Of a DNA stretch of 64,000 nt, positions 45,968-55,956 are shown one piece after another. Below the pieces are notes generated by a model. The model was given only the letters and a program-made list of their open reading frames with translations, was not told the origin of the DNA and made no database searches. The stretch covers positions 1 to 64,000 of the forward strand of contig JBDRRP010000071.1 of assembly GCA_043825735.1 (NCBI GenBank), read 5' to 3'. The position numbers and the translations under genes are program-made. The first letter of the stretch is position 1. Every line of letters begins with the position of its first letter. This stretch comes from Pseudomonadota bacterium (GTDB lineage Bacteria > Desulfobacterota > Desulfobacteria > Desulfobacterales > JBDRRP01).

Positions 45968-46990
45968 ATGCGAGAGAAAATTAAAAACAGAACACTCAAT
46001 TTACTAAAGAAAAATGATCTGACGTTGAACCTGGTGGACGTGGGATCCCGCAACGGGATTCTGCACCTGTCCGATTATGCTCAATTTACCAAGGCTGTCG
46101 GTTTTGAACCAAATCCCGCAGAATACGAAAAACTTCTTACCGGAAATACTGACGCTGCCGCCTACGGGATTGTATCGCCGGATTACAAAACGATCAAATA
46201 CTATCCATACGCAATCAGCAATCGGGAAGGGACTGCCAAGTTTTACGTAACGCCGGGTCCCGGGGCGGCCGGTCTGCTCGAACCGAACATGGAACCGTTG
46301 AATGAAATCCATTATCACGGCAGCCGTCCCTGCAGGGAGAGCTTCGGAAAAGATGTTTTCGACAATTTCAAGGTGATCGAAGTTGAAACGAAAACCCTAA
46401 ACACTGTCTGCGAGAAGGAACAGATCGAGCACATAGACCTGCTGAAGATAGATGTAGAGGGGGCTGAATACGAGGTGCTGGAAGGCGCCCGCTCCATTTT
46501 GCCGCTAACCGGTGTTATCTTTGTTGAGACATGCCTGATTCCATTCAGGAAGAACCAGAAGCTCTTTTCGCATGTGGACCTGCTGCTACGGGACTTCAAT
46601 TTCGATCTGCTGCATTACCAAATCGTTCAGGAGCAAATCGGGTACAAAGTTCTGAAAGGACCTGCGCATTACATCCCGCCATTTTACTACGATCCGCACG
46701 GGCAGCCATTGTCCTGTGATGCGGTATACATCAATCGAACTGTTGAGGACCATGATCGTATTCTGTGCCAGGCCCTGATTCTTTTGGCCAACATGCTGAT
46801 CGATGAAGGTCTGTACCTGCTCGAGAAGAAGTTGGAAATGTCCCATGACCCTGACGTCAGGAAACTGCGCAGGGTCAATGACTACTTTTCTCCTGGGCAG
46901 TTGTTCCGGCACAACAGTTACAGGGCTATCGACAAGACCGCAGTTTTGATTGGGAAAATCATTAAAAAAATTAAGGAGATGATCAAATAA
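45968..46990 (+). CDS. FkbM-family methyltransferase
   Basis: VDVGSR.G, GFEP, IDLLKIDVEGAEYEVLEG. Confidence 0.88.
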   Translation: MREKIKNRTLNLLKKNDLTLNLVDVGSRNGILHLSDYAQFTKAVGFEPNPAEYEKLLTGNTDAAAYGIVSPDYKTIKYYPYAISNREGTAKFYVTPGPGAAGLLEPNMEPLNEIHYHGSRPCRESFGKDVFDNFKVIEVETKTLNTVCEKEQIEHIDLLKIDVEGAEYEVLEGARSILPLTGVIFVETCLIPFRKNQKLFSHVDLLLRDFNFDLLHYQIVQEQIGYKVLKGPAHYIPPFYYDPHGQPLSCDAVYINRTVEDHDRILCQALILLANMLIDEGLYLLEKKLEMSHDPDVRKLRRVNDYFSPGQLFRHNSYRAIDKTAVLIGKIIKKIKEMIK

Positions 46991-46991
46991 A

Positions 46992-48251
46992 ATGGATGAT
47001 AAGACACAAGCCACTTCACGGCCGATCAAAACCTGCCAGATCTGCGGACGTCCAAAATTGGACAATGTCCTCTTTTTAGGATTCATTCCACCGGTGAATA
47101 CAATGCCGGCGGTGGGATCAACCCCTGTGGAGCAGACTGCCTACCCGTTATCACTGCTGCGGTGCAATGACTGTACCCTGGTTCAGATCGGTCTCGAGGT
47201 TGATGCCGAGGTGCTTTTTCCCTATTCCTATCCCTATCTGAGTGGCAGTACACGTATCTTGAGGGAAAACTTTGCCGAACTGTACGCAGAGAGCGCGGCA
47301 ATGATAAAAATTGGGCCGAATGATCTGGTCATCGATATCGGCTCCAACGACGGCACCTTGCTTTCCAACTACAAGGCAGGCGGGCACAAAGTCCTTGGCG
47401 TCGAGCCTTCCCAGGCGGGTGAGGTGGCGAGAGAAAAGGGTATCGAGACGATTACGGCTTACTTCAACCTCAAAACCGCCCAATCCCTGCTTACGCAATA
47501 CGGGTCGGCCAGGATCGTCACCGCGGCAAACGTGTTTGCCCACATCGGCGATATCGATACGGTCGTAAAGGGGATTCTGGAGATTCTTGAACCCGGCGGT
47601 GTTTTCATTTCGGAATCCCACTACCTGCTAAGCCTTATAGAAACCCTGCAATACGATACGATTTACCATGAGCACCTTCGGTATTATTCGGTAGAAAGCC
47701 TGCAGTACCTGCTCAATAAACACGGTCTAGAAGTTTTCCATGCCAAGAAAATCCCCACCCATGGCGGATCCGTCCGGGTATATGCCGCTCGCAAGGGAGC
47801 GTACCCCGTCGGGGAAAGCGTTGTCGCAATACTGGCGGAAGAAAAAGAATGTGGCTTGGCCGATGGCAGTGCTTTACGGGCTTTCAGGAAAAGAGTGCTC
47901 CAGTCCAAAATGGACCTGATGGCCCTTTTGAAAAAGATTACAGAAGAGGGCGGCCGTGTGTTCGGTATCGGTGCGCCGTCGCGGTCCAGCACATTGATCA
48001 ATTATACCGGGTTGGACGACGGTATTCTCGATGCGGTCATGGAAATTAAAACCTCGCACAAAGTAGGTAAGTATGTCCCAGGCACTCTTATACCGGTTTT
48101 GGATGAGGCCCTGCTTTTTGAGCAACAGCCAGAGTACGCATTGCTGCTTTCCTGGCACATTGCGGATGAACTCATTGAAAATTTGAGACGCAAGGGCTAC
48201 CAAGGCAAGTTCATCGTTCCGCTTCCGAAACCGCGGATTGTTACAGGGTAA
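46992..48251 (+). CDS. Second NDP-sugar C-methyltransferase (Zn-binding)
   Basis: CQIC...CNDC, DIGSNDG, ANVFAH, YDTIYHEH, THGGSVR, LSWH. Confidence 0.9.
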   Translation: MDDKTQATSRPIKTCQICGRPKLDNVLFLGFIPPVNTMPAVGSTPVEQTAYPLSLLRCNDCTLVQIGLEVDAEVLFPYSYPYLSGSTRILRENFAELYAESAAMIKIGPNDLVIDIGSNDGTLLSNYKAGGHKVLGVEPSQAGEVAREKGIETITAYFNLKTAQSLLTQYGSARIVTAANVFAHIGDIDTVVKGILEILEPGGVFISESHYLLSLIETLQYDTIYHEHLRYYSVESLQYLLNKHGLEVFHAKKIPTHGGSVRVYAARKGAYPVGESVVAILAEEKECGLADGSALRAFRKRVLQSKMDLMALLKKITEEGGRVFGIGAPSRSSTLINYTGLDDGILDAVMEIKTSHKVGKYVPGTLIPVLDEALLFEQQPEYALLLSWHIADELIENLRRKGYQGKFIVPLPKPRIVTG

Positions 48252-48255
48252 ATCT

Positions 48256-49521
48256 GTGCACGTGCTGTTTCTCAGTTCAGTGTTCCCACGATTCGGCCAT
48301 TCGGAAGCCGTTGAAACAGTCCTGGCCGTCCTATTGAAAGCGGCTGTGGAGGCCGGACATCGCGTCAGTTGGGCGACAGTTGCCCCCGGAAACCGATTCG
48401 ACGAAAAAACACGGGATCGGTTGCAGGGTCTTGGGATCAGCTATGCTGGTGATTTTTCGGGGAGTGTCAGCTGGGGGCAGCATAAAAGAGGCCTGATAAA
48501 AAAAATCCATACCTTGCGATCGGCTTTCAGTCGGCGTTATGAAAGTGAACTGCCGCACTTTCTGAATCCGGATGTGACCGCCGGGCAACTCGAGCGTACT
48601 GGGGCCGACGCGATCTTACTCCACTGGGATTCTTACTTTGAGTATCTGCTGCCATGGATCCGAAATACCCCGGTGTACGCTTACTGGGCACGTCCACGAT
48701 TCGCTTCGGCGCTGAGCACCATTGAGAATGAGCCCTTTGAAGGGCGTCTCGGTAAGCGAATTCGTCGGTGGCTCACTCGAAGAATACTGCAGATTCAGGC
48801 CACTCGACACTTTACCAGAGCAGGGTACCTGGCCGGTATCGCCAACATCTGCGCCTTGGACGCTAAAAGCTATGTCGCGGCTGGGAAAGCCTGCCGGTAC
48901 ATACCCAATACTTGGCCGGACGCTTTTGGGGATCAGTGTTTGCTGAAAAGAAAAGAGTTTGAACGCCGGTCAGGTGCATTTGACATCCTTGGAGGACTTG
49001 GGATGTTGAACGCAACTGGCAACTACTATGGGTTGTCATACCTGGCGGATAAAATCTTGCCAATTTTGAAAGCAGAACTTCTGGATCAAAACTGGCGCGT
49101 GAACATCTGCGGCAAGGGGTTCGAGAAGCTTCACAAGAGGCTGCAGCAGCGTTTGGGAACAGGGCATGTACATTACAAGGGGTTTGTCGACGATATCGAC
49201 GGAGAGTTCCTGAGCAATTCGGTCTTTCTGATGTGCAACAACGCAGGGCCTTACACCGGTGGGTACACGCGGGTTGTCTACGCAATGTCAGCCGGAGCAT
49301 GCCTTATCGGTCACAAGAAACTGAGTGATTCGATGCCGGAAATCGTCAACGGGAAAAACGCATTGCTGGGCGAGAGTCCGTCAGAAATCGGGGGAATGGT
49401 AATCGCGGCCTTCAGAAATCCTGAAATGCGGTGGAAAATTGCTACGGCCGCCAGAAAAACATACCAGGAACACTTTGCCCCGCACCAGGTTTTTAAACAG
49501 ATAAACGCAATGATAATGTGA
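48256..49521 (+). CDS. Glycosyltransferase (GT-B, GT4-like)
   Basis: HYKGFVDD, TRVVYAMSAG, EIVNGKNALL C-terminal GT-B signature. Confidence 0.75.
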   Translation: MHVLFLSSVFPRFGHSEAVETVLAVLLKAAVEAGHRVSWATVAPGNRFDEKTRDRLQGLGISYAGDFSGSVSWGQHKRGLIKKIHTLRSAFSRRYESELPHFLNPDVTAGQLERTGADAILLHWDSYFEYLLPWIRNTPVYAYWARPRFASALSTIENEPFEGRLGKRIRRWLTRRILQIQATRHFTRAGYLAGIANICALDAKSYVAAGKACRYIPNTWPDAFGDQCLLKRKEFERRSGAFDILGGLGMLNATGNYYGLSYLADKILPILKAELLDQNWRVNICGKGFEKLHKRLQQRLGTGHVHYKGFVDDIDGEFLSNSVFLMCNNAGPYTGGYTRVVYAMSAGACLIGHKKLSDSMPEIVNGKNALLGESPSEIGGMVIAAFRNPEMRWKIATAARKTYQEHFAPHQVFKQINAMIM

Positions 49522-50153
49522 TTACAATGCCGCCTGCTCGAAAAGTCGTTGCTGTTAGCCTTGACAAAGATGCGCTCGAGTTGATTCAGGGCCAGGACCT
49601 GGAACTTTGCGGAATAATTGACCCGGCTCCTTTCAAAAGCCACAACGGCATTCCAAATCTGGGTAAAGATGATGACTGGGACCAGATCCGCGACGCCTTC
49701 GGCGGTAACTTGAAGGCTGTCATGCTGTTGGACCCTCCACTGCTAAAGCGCCAGTTGGTGAAAATTTACGGCTGCGAAAATCTGACAGGGTTGATTTCGA
49801 AGGACGCCAGAATCTCGGCATCCGTAAAAATCGGTAAAGGGTGTGTGGTTCAAAGCGGTGTCCGGCTGCTCCCTGATGTAACTTTGGGTATGTGCTGCAA
49901 AATCAATGTGGATGTCACCATTCACCATGACTGCTCGGTCGGTGATTTTTGCACGCTGGCTCCCGGAAGCAGGCTGCTGGGGAATGTAACCCTGGCAGAT
50001 GAAGTCTTCGTGGGCGCCGGCGCAATAGTCCTGCCGGGTGTTACGGTTGCCAAAGGGGCTGTCGTAGGCGCAGGGGCTGTCGTCATTTCAGACGTGGCGC
50101 CGGGAGCAACGGTTGTCGGTGTGCCGGCTAAACCTCTAAAACTATCGGTATAA
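49518..50153 (+). CDS. NeuD/PglD-family hexapeptide acetyltransferase
   Basis: Left-handed beta-helix repeats, IHHDC, VGAGAVV, VVGVPA. Confidence 0.9.
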   Translation: MITMPPARKVVAVSLDKDALELIQGQDLELCGIIDPAPFKSHNGIPNLGKDDDWDQIRDAFGGNLKAVMLLDPPLLKRQLVKIYGCENLTGLISKDARISASVKIGKGCVVQSGVRLLPDVTLGMCCKINVDVTIHHDCSVGDFCTLAPGSRLLGNVTLADEVFVGAGAIVLPGVTVAKGAVVGAGAVVISDVAPGATVVGVPAKPLKLSV

Positions 50154-50154
50154 A

Positions 50155-51258
50155 ATGGAAAAGAAAATACCCTGGTTTTTGCCTTCCATGGGCAGGCGTG
50201 ATTCGGAACTCGTCCAGCACGTTTTGGAAAGCAACTATATCAATGACGGAGACGTTACCCGGAAATTTGAAAAGCGCGTAGCGGAAATTATCGGCGCACG
50301 ATACTGTGTTGCAGTCACCAGCGGTACCGCCGCCATCGCCTTGGCGCTCATGGCCGCCGGGATAGGCCGGGGGGATGAGGTCCTTGTTCCGGATCTCACC
50401 TTTATCGCGACCGCAAATGCCGTTCACCTTTCTGGCGCTGATGTCCGGCTGGTAGATGTGGATGCGGCAACCTTTACTATTGACCCGGCAATGATCGAAG
50501 CGGCGATTGGCCCCCTGACGCGTGCAGTGGTGACCGTTGACGTAAATGGCCGGGGTGCTGATTACAAGGCCATTGAAAGAATCTGTGAACGGTACGGTCT
50601 GGTGCTGGTATGTGATTCGGCTGAAGCACTGGGCTCCCGGCAGGGGAAGCAATACTTGGGGACATTCGGAGATGCCGGCTGTTTTTCATTTTCTCCGAAT
50701 AAAACGGTTACTTGCGGTCAGGGGGGTATGGTTGCAACCGATCGCGTGGATATTTATCACAATCTCCTAGAACTGAAAGACCAGGGCAGGCGGCAGCAGG
50801 GGACCGGCGGCGACGACCTCCATCCAGTAATCGGATACAATTTTAAGCTGACCAATCTGCAGGCGGCAGTCGGCCTGGCTCAATTGGAACTACTTGATCA
50901 ACGGCTCGAAGGCTTCGTAAGAAGAGATACCCATTACGCCGCAAGATTAGAGGGACATCCCGGGTTGGAGGTTCCGCAATGGGAACGGGCTTCCGGCCAG
51001 GTCAAGCAGTGGATGGACGTCCTGATCGCAGACAGGCCGGCGGTGTGTCGGGCTCTGGAAAATGCGGGAATTGGAAATCGGCCTTTTTGGTTTCCGCTGC
51101 ATACCCAGAAACCCTATTCATTAAATAATTCTTCATTTCAGAACGCTGTTGGCATTTCCAAGAGAGGCTTATGGCTGCCGTCCTATTTTGACCTGACCAC
51201 AGACGAAATAGACCGAACATGTGATGTAATTTTGATGGCGATCAGGCGCCGGAAGTGA
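50155..51258 (+). CDS. DegT/DnrJ/EryC1/StrS aminotransferase
   Basis: TSGTAA, TFIATANA, DSAEALG, SFSPNK...GQGG, GYNFK, WLPS. Confidence 0.93.
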   Translation: MEKKIPWFLPSMGRRDSELVQHVLESNYINDGDVTRKFEKRVAEIIGARYCVAVTSGTAAIALALMAAGIGRGDEVLVPDLTFIATANAVHLSGADVRLVDVDAATFTIDPAMIEAAIGPLTRAVVTVDVNGRGADYKAIERICERYGLVLVCDSAEALGSRQGKQYLGTFGDAGCFSFSPNKTVTCGQGGMVATDRVDIYHNLLELKDQGRRQQGTGGDDLHPVIGYNFKLTNLQAAVGLAQLELLDQRLEGFVRRDTHYAARLEGHPGLEVPQWERASGQVKQWMDVLIADRPAVCRALENAGIGNRPFWFPLHTQKPYSLNNSSFQNAVGISKRGLWLPSYFDLTTDEIDRTCDVILMAIRRRK

Positions 51259-51391
51259 GGTGTGGTGATAGAAGGTTTATTAATAGAATGTATTAAATAT
51301 TGGCGATTGATTGAATGATGAGAGTATTATGTCGAGCATATATTAAGACTCTTCACATTTGGTTGAATGGACTATACAAGGAACTTAAAAT

Positions 51392-52417
51392 ATGTCTGAA
51401 AATAACTTATACGAATGCGCGTTAAAAACATATAGTTTGTTAATGGTGAAGAGGATGGCATCAGGATTGCCACCAGACCCTTGGTTTGATAGCTTTGATG
51501 CTGCTAAAAATTTTTATTATAGATATATTGAATTATTTGAAAGCATGATAGGGAATAAGGAATGGGGGAGTAGAATAGAAATTGGTGCTGGGAGCGGAAT
51601 GGGATCTGCAATTCTTTCGAATTTTCCAAATGTTAATCAAATAGCAATTTCTGATAATAGTGAGTTACTTGTAGAGAAAGTGATACCAAGATGTGCAGAA
51701 TTATTTGGAGATATTACGAAAATTGTACCTCTTCAAGTTGATTATCTGAAAATGTCTGAAAAAATACACGAAATGGATTTTGTTCTGGCTTTTGCTACTT
51801 TACACCATTCACCAGAATTGCGTCAAACTATTTCAGAAATATATAAATCTTTGAAAAAAGGAGGTTATTTGCTGGCCGTGGAAAGAGCTCATCCAGATAC
51901 TATGTCAGACAGAAAAATGAAAGAACAACTATATAGCCTCATTGGAAATGAAACAAAAAAACTTTACGGGTTTTCTGAGAAAACTAAAATCACTAGAATG
52001 GATCTTGGTGAACACGAACTCAGGATGTGTGAATGGAAGAAAGTTTTTACTGATAATGGTTTTGAACTATTGGCAATTTGGGGCGAACATTCTAAAATGT
52101 ATAACCCTTGGTTCAACGTCGCTTTTTGGGCTTTTGGGCCATTGCTGGCAGTGAAAAAAATGTATCGTTTTTTTATTGGTTCTGACAATTTATTTCTTAG
52201 TAATTTAAAAATCAAATTGCAACAAATCTATTCTAATCCACGATTGAACATATTTTACTATTTATTTATTCCCAGATATGTCAAATCAATATTATTCAAG
52301 GCTAATAACCTTAAGCTTGATAAGAAAGGGAATATTTACATCAGAGATCATAGGTGGATTTTTAGGAGTGAAAAGCCCCATGCCGTCAACGCACTTTTTG
52401 TATGCCGCAAAGTATGA
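51392..52417 (+). CDS. Class I SAM-dependent methyltransferase (AT-rich gene)
   Basis: EIGAGSG, DFVLAFATLHH, SLKKGGYL. Confidence 0.8.
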   Translation: MSENNLYECALKTYSLLMVKRMASGLPPDPWFDSFDAAKNFYYRYIELFESMIGNKEWGSRIEIGAGSGMGSAILSNFPNVNQIAISDNSELLVEKVIPRCAELFGDITKIVPLQVDYLKMSEKIHEMDFVLAFATLHHSPELRQTISEIYKSLKKGGYLLAVERAHPDTMSDRKMKEQLYSLIGNETKKLYGFSEKTKITRMDLGEHELRMCEWKKVFTDNGFELLAIWGEHSKMYNPWFNVAFWAFGPLLAVKKMYRFFIGSDNLFLSNLKIKLQQIYSNPRLNIFYYLFIPRYVKSILFKANNLKLDKKGNIYIRDHRWIFRSEKPHAVNALFVCRKV

Positions 52418-52555
52418 CGATACTATTCTGAACCATGTAAGCAATTTACGGTTAAAAATGGAATATAACTATAGCAAATTTCATTTCTTCCTAAATATCA
52501 ATTCAACCCAATAACCAATTATATTGGTAACCTACTTGCTCGAGGGGGATTTTTG

Positions 52556-53578
52556 ATGGGAATTTCCTTCAGTTTAGACCGAATTCGGCAAAACGCGTGT
52601 TTCGTGATCGCCGAAGGATGTGACAACCACTTGGGGGACATGGGCGCCGCCCGAGAGATGGTGCGCCAGGCCAAATTGGCCGGCGCGGATGCCATCAAGT
52701 TCCAACATCACCTGCCAGATGAGGAGATGCTGCCCGACGTGCCTGTTTCAGACAATTTCGACACGCCCCTGTACGAATTTTTGAAGGCACACGCCCTCCG
52801 CCTCGATGACCATATCCAGCTGAAAAAGTATTGCGAGGAGATCGGAATCCTCTATATGTGCACCCCTTTCAGCCTCAAGGCTGCCCAGGAAATGAACGCC
52901 ATCGGTCTGCCGGTATTCAAAATAGGATCCGGAGAAATGACCGATATCCCGACCCTGACGGCCATCGCGCGTTTCGGCAAGCCGATGATCGTCTCCACGG
53001 GGATGTCCACCTGGGAAGAAATCGACCGGACTTACAGTGTCCTGGTCGAAATGCAGACCCCGCTGGCCCTGATGAACTGCGTCAGTGAATATCCCCCGGT
53101 CTATGAGGATATCAACCTGAATGTCATCCCCGAATTTATCCGGCGCTACCCTGACGCGGTCATCGGGCATTCCGATCACACGCCGGATATTTACACCTGT
53201 TTTGCGGCAGTGGCGTTAGGGGCCAGGATAATTGAAAAACATGTCATTCTCGATAAACGGCAACCCGGTCCGGACCAGAGTGTATCAATCGATTTTAAGG
53301 ATCTGGCTCAATTGGTCGATGGCGTCCGCAAGATCGAAGCCGCATCGGGTTCCGAGAAGAAAATCCACATGAAAGAGGCGCCGATTCGTGAATGGGCATT
53401 TAGGAGCATCGTCTCCATCAAACCTATCGCCCGGGGGCAAAGTATCAACCACAACATGATCTGGTCTAAAAGGCCGGGCACCGGAATACCATCGCACGAG
53501 ATGAACCAAGTGATTGGTCGGGTGGCAAAAAAAGATATACCCGTAAACACGCTTATCGCCTGGGAGGATTTGGAGTAA
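52556..53578 (+). CDS. neuB: Nonulosonic-acid synthase (NeuB/LegI family) with C-terminal SAF domain
   Basis: IAE...NH.GD, ADAIKFQ, KIGSGE, VSTGM, SEYP, GHSDHT, IEKH, KRPGTGI. Confidence 0.92.
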   Translation: MGISFSLDRIRQNACFVIAEGCDNHLGDMGAAREMVRQAKLAGADAIKFQHHLPDEEMLPDVPVSDNFDTPLYEFLKAHALRLDDHIQLKKYCEEIGILYMCTPFSLKAAQEMNAIGLPVFKIGSGEMTDIPTLTAIARFGKPMIVSTGMSTWEEIDRTYSVLVEMQTPLALMNCVSEYPPVYEDINLNVIPEFIRRYPDAVIGHSDHTPDIYTCFAAVALGARIIEKHVILDKRQPGPDQSVSIDFKDLAQLVDGVRKIEAASGSEKKIHMKEAPIREWAFRSIVSIKPIARGQSINHNMIWSKRPGTGIPSHEMNQVIGRVAKKDIPVNTLIAWEDLE

Positions 53579-53579
53579 C

Positions 53580-54716
53580 ATGAGACTGCTTTTTCTAACG
53601 GGCAGCCGGGGCGAGTGGGGATATATCCGTCCTATTTTGAAGCTCTGCCGGAAACGGAACATCGATTTCAAACTGTGCGTCACCAATATGCACCTGCTGC
53701 CGGCTTACGGCCTGTCCAAAAAAGAAATCGAGGCAGACGGGTTTTCCATCGACGAGCCGATATTCATGGCCCTCCAGGGCAGCAACCACTACACAATGGC
53801 AAAATCGCTGGGTGTGTGTCTTATGTCCCTGGTGGATCTGTTGTACAGAATCAGACCTGACTGGGTGGTGCTTTCCGGAGATCGCGGTGAGCAACTCATG
53901 GGAGCTGTCGCCGGCGCCTACACCAATACACCGGTAGCCCACATACAGGCCGGCGAGGTCTCCGGAAACATCGACGGGCAGGCGCGGCATGCCATAGGGA
54001 AATTTGTCCACATGCACTTTGCTTCCAACCAGGATGCGGCCGATCGTCTTATCCGGCTGGGTGAAGAGGCGCATCGTGTCAGATTGGTCGGCGCACCGCA
54101 ACTCGATGAACTGGTGCAGGGGGAATATACCGGACTGTCAGACCTCAAGGAGAAATACGATTTTCCCTTTGACGTGGACTTCATTCTGGTGCTGCAACAT
54201 CCAGTCACTGAAGAATATGACAAAGCCCGCGATCAGATCGATGCGACGCTGAGCGCCCTCAAACAGTTTGCCGTGCCGAAGTTCTGGATCATGCCAAATA
54301 ATGACGCCGGCAACGAGATTGTCAGGGAAGGCATTGTCGCCAGGCGCTCCGCCGACACCTTCCTGATCAAAAACGTCAAACGCCAGGACTTTCTCGGAAT
54401 CATGAAGGCCTGCCGCTGCATGGTCGGCAATTCCAGTGCAGGGCTACTTGAGGCGCCGACCTTTAAAATTCCGGCGGTCAATATCGGCCGGCGCCAGTAT
54501 AAGCGCGTCCGTGGCGGAAATGTTATAGATGTCGCTGATTTCGATGCCGACAGGATCGTGGCGGCCATCAGACAGGCGTTTTCAACAGAATTCAGACAGG
54601 GGTTGGCCGGATTGTCCAACCCTTACGGAGACGGCGACTCTTCGGAGCGGATTTTGGAAATACTCCAGAATACGAAAAGGGATGCAAAGCTGTTGATAAA
54701 AGAATTGACCTATTAA
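53580..54716 (+). CDS. neuC: Hydrolysing NDP-HexNAc 2-epimerase (NeuC/LegG family)
   Basis: TGSRGEW, GDRGE, HIQAGE.SG.ID, QHPVT, GNSS, NIGRRQ, NPYGDG. Confidence 0.92.
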   Translation: MRLLFLTGSRGEWGYIRPILKLCRKRNIDFKLCVTNMHLLPAYGLSKKEIEADGFSIDEPIFMALQGSNHYTMAKSLGVCLMSLVDLLYRIRPDWVVLSGDRGEQLMGAVAGAYTNTPVAHIQAGEVSGNIDGQARHAIGKFVHMHFASNQDAADRLIRLGEEAHRVRLVGAPQLDELVQGEYTGLSDLKEKYDFPFDVDFILVLQHPVTEEYDKARDQIDATLSALKQFAVPKFWIMPNNDAGNEIVREGIVARRSADTFLIKNVKRQDFLGIMKACRCMVGNSSAGLLEAPTFKIPAVNIGRRQYKRVRGGNVIDVADFDADRIVAAIRQAFSTEFRQGLAGLSNPYGDGDSSERILEILQNTKRDAKLLIKELTY

Positions 54717-54803
54717 CAGCGGGTCCAAAGATGGTTTTTTAAAAGGGGTCTGTTACACCCCGAGCCGGTTAGTGAGACAACAAAATAATACAGGGGTGAG
54801 TCG

Positions 54804-55148
54804 ATGAACGAACTGTCGCCATTCAAGGTCTCAGAAAGCGCGACCTTATTGCAGGCTGTAGAGAAGATTGAAAAGAACAGATCCAGGGCCGCAATCGTAG
54901 AATCGGACGGCAAAGTGATCGGCGTGATCAGCGAGGGAGATATCATGCGTGCGCTGCTGCAGGGCGCCAATATCCACTCCCCCATTGAATCGTTCATCAT
55001 CTATTCTTTTAAATACCTCACAGATCGGGACCTGCCCCAGGCTCGCAAACTGTTTGCCAAACACCTTATAACGCTGCTGCCGGTGCTCGATGACGACTTC
55101 AGACTTGTCGGCGTCATCACCCTGCGTGACATATTGAATGCCGTTTAG
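54804..55148 (+). CDS. Stand-alone CBS-pair protein
   Basis: GVISEGDIMRALL, LPVLDD...VGVIT. Confidence 0.8.
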   Translation: MNELSPFKVSESATLLQAVEKIEKNRSRAAIVESDGKVIGVISEGDIMRALLQGANIHSPIESFIIYSFKYLTDRDLPQARKLFAKHLITLLPVLDDDFRLVGVITLRDILNAV

Positions 55149-55188
55149 CGCCGCCAGTCCTTCCCTGACACGACCATTATAAATTACC

Positions 55189-55932
55189 ATGACTTCAACA
55201 CAACGAATGCCGATACCGCTGGCAGTGTTTATACCCGCCCGGTGCGGGTCCAAAAGGGTGCCTCTGAAGAATATCAAGCCGTTGGCCGGGCGACCGCTGA
55301 TCCACTACACGATCAGCGCCGCCATTGAGGCAGGGCTCACAGAGGCTGTTTTTGTTTCGACCGACTGCGAAGAGATCGCCGGTGTCGCCGTCAAATGCGG
55401 CGCAGAGGTGGTGATGCGGCCTGAACAATATGCAAGGGACGAATCCAGCACAGAGGACGCCATGCTCGATTTTATTGAGCAACTCGGAGCGCAGGACCAA
55501 CGACCGGAATGGGTGATGACCCTGCCGCCGACCTCACCCTTGAGAACAGCAGACACCATTGTACGTGCCTGGAAGCTTGCCCTGGAGACGCCTGACGAGG
55601 TCGATTGCCTGTTCTCGGTTCATCCTACCCGGGAAGATTTCTGGGTCGGTGATACTCCTGGAAGTATTGCCAGATTGTTTCCAGAGGCCCCACGGAGGCA
55701 GCAGGATCGAAAACCCCTGTGGGTAGAAAACAGCTGTATTTATTTGACCAGGACAGCTGCATTGGTCAGAACCGGGTTCATATTGGGTGAAAAACATTCC
55801 GGGTTTGAAATTTCTGTCGAAGAAGGTTTTGATATCAATTCGGAAGCGGACTTTATCATTGCCGAGCAGCTTTTTAAAAACCTCGCAAAAGAGACACCGA
55901 AAAAAACCACGTCTTTTCAGAAAATGATTTGA
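55189..55932 (+). CDS. neuA: Acylneuraminate cytidylyltransferase (NeuA/LegF family)
   Basis: IPARCGSKRVPLKN, VSTD, PTSPLR, DINSEADF. Confidence 0.9.
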   Translation: MTSTQRMPIPLAVFIPARCGSKRVPLKNIKPLAGRPLIHYTISAAIEAGLTEAVFVSTDCEEIAGVAVKCGAEVVMRPEQYARDESSTEDAMLDFIEQLGAQDQRPEWVMTLPPTSPLRTADTIVRAWKLALETPDEVDCLFSVHPTREDFWVGDTPGSIARLFPEAPRRQQDRKPLWVENSCIYLTRTAALVRTGFILGEKHSGFEISVEEGFDINSEADFIIAEQLFKNLAKETPKKTTSFQKMI

Positions 55933-55956
55933 AGAGGCGACGTTGAAAGATCAGAT

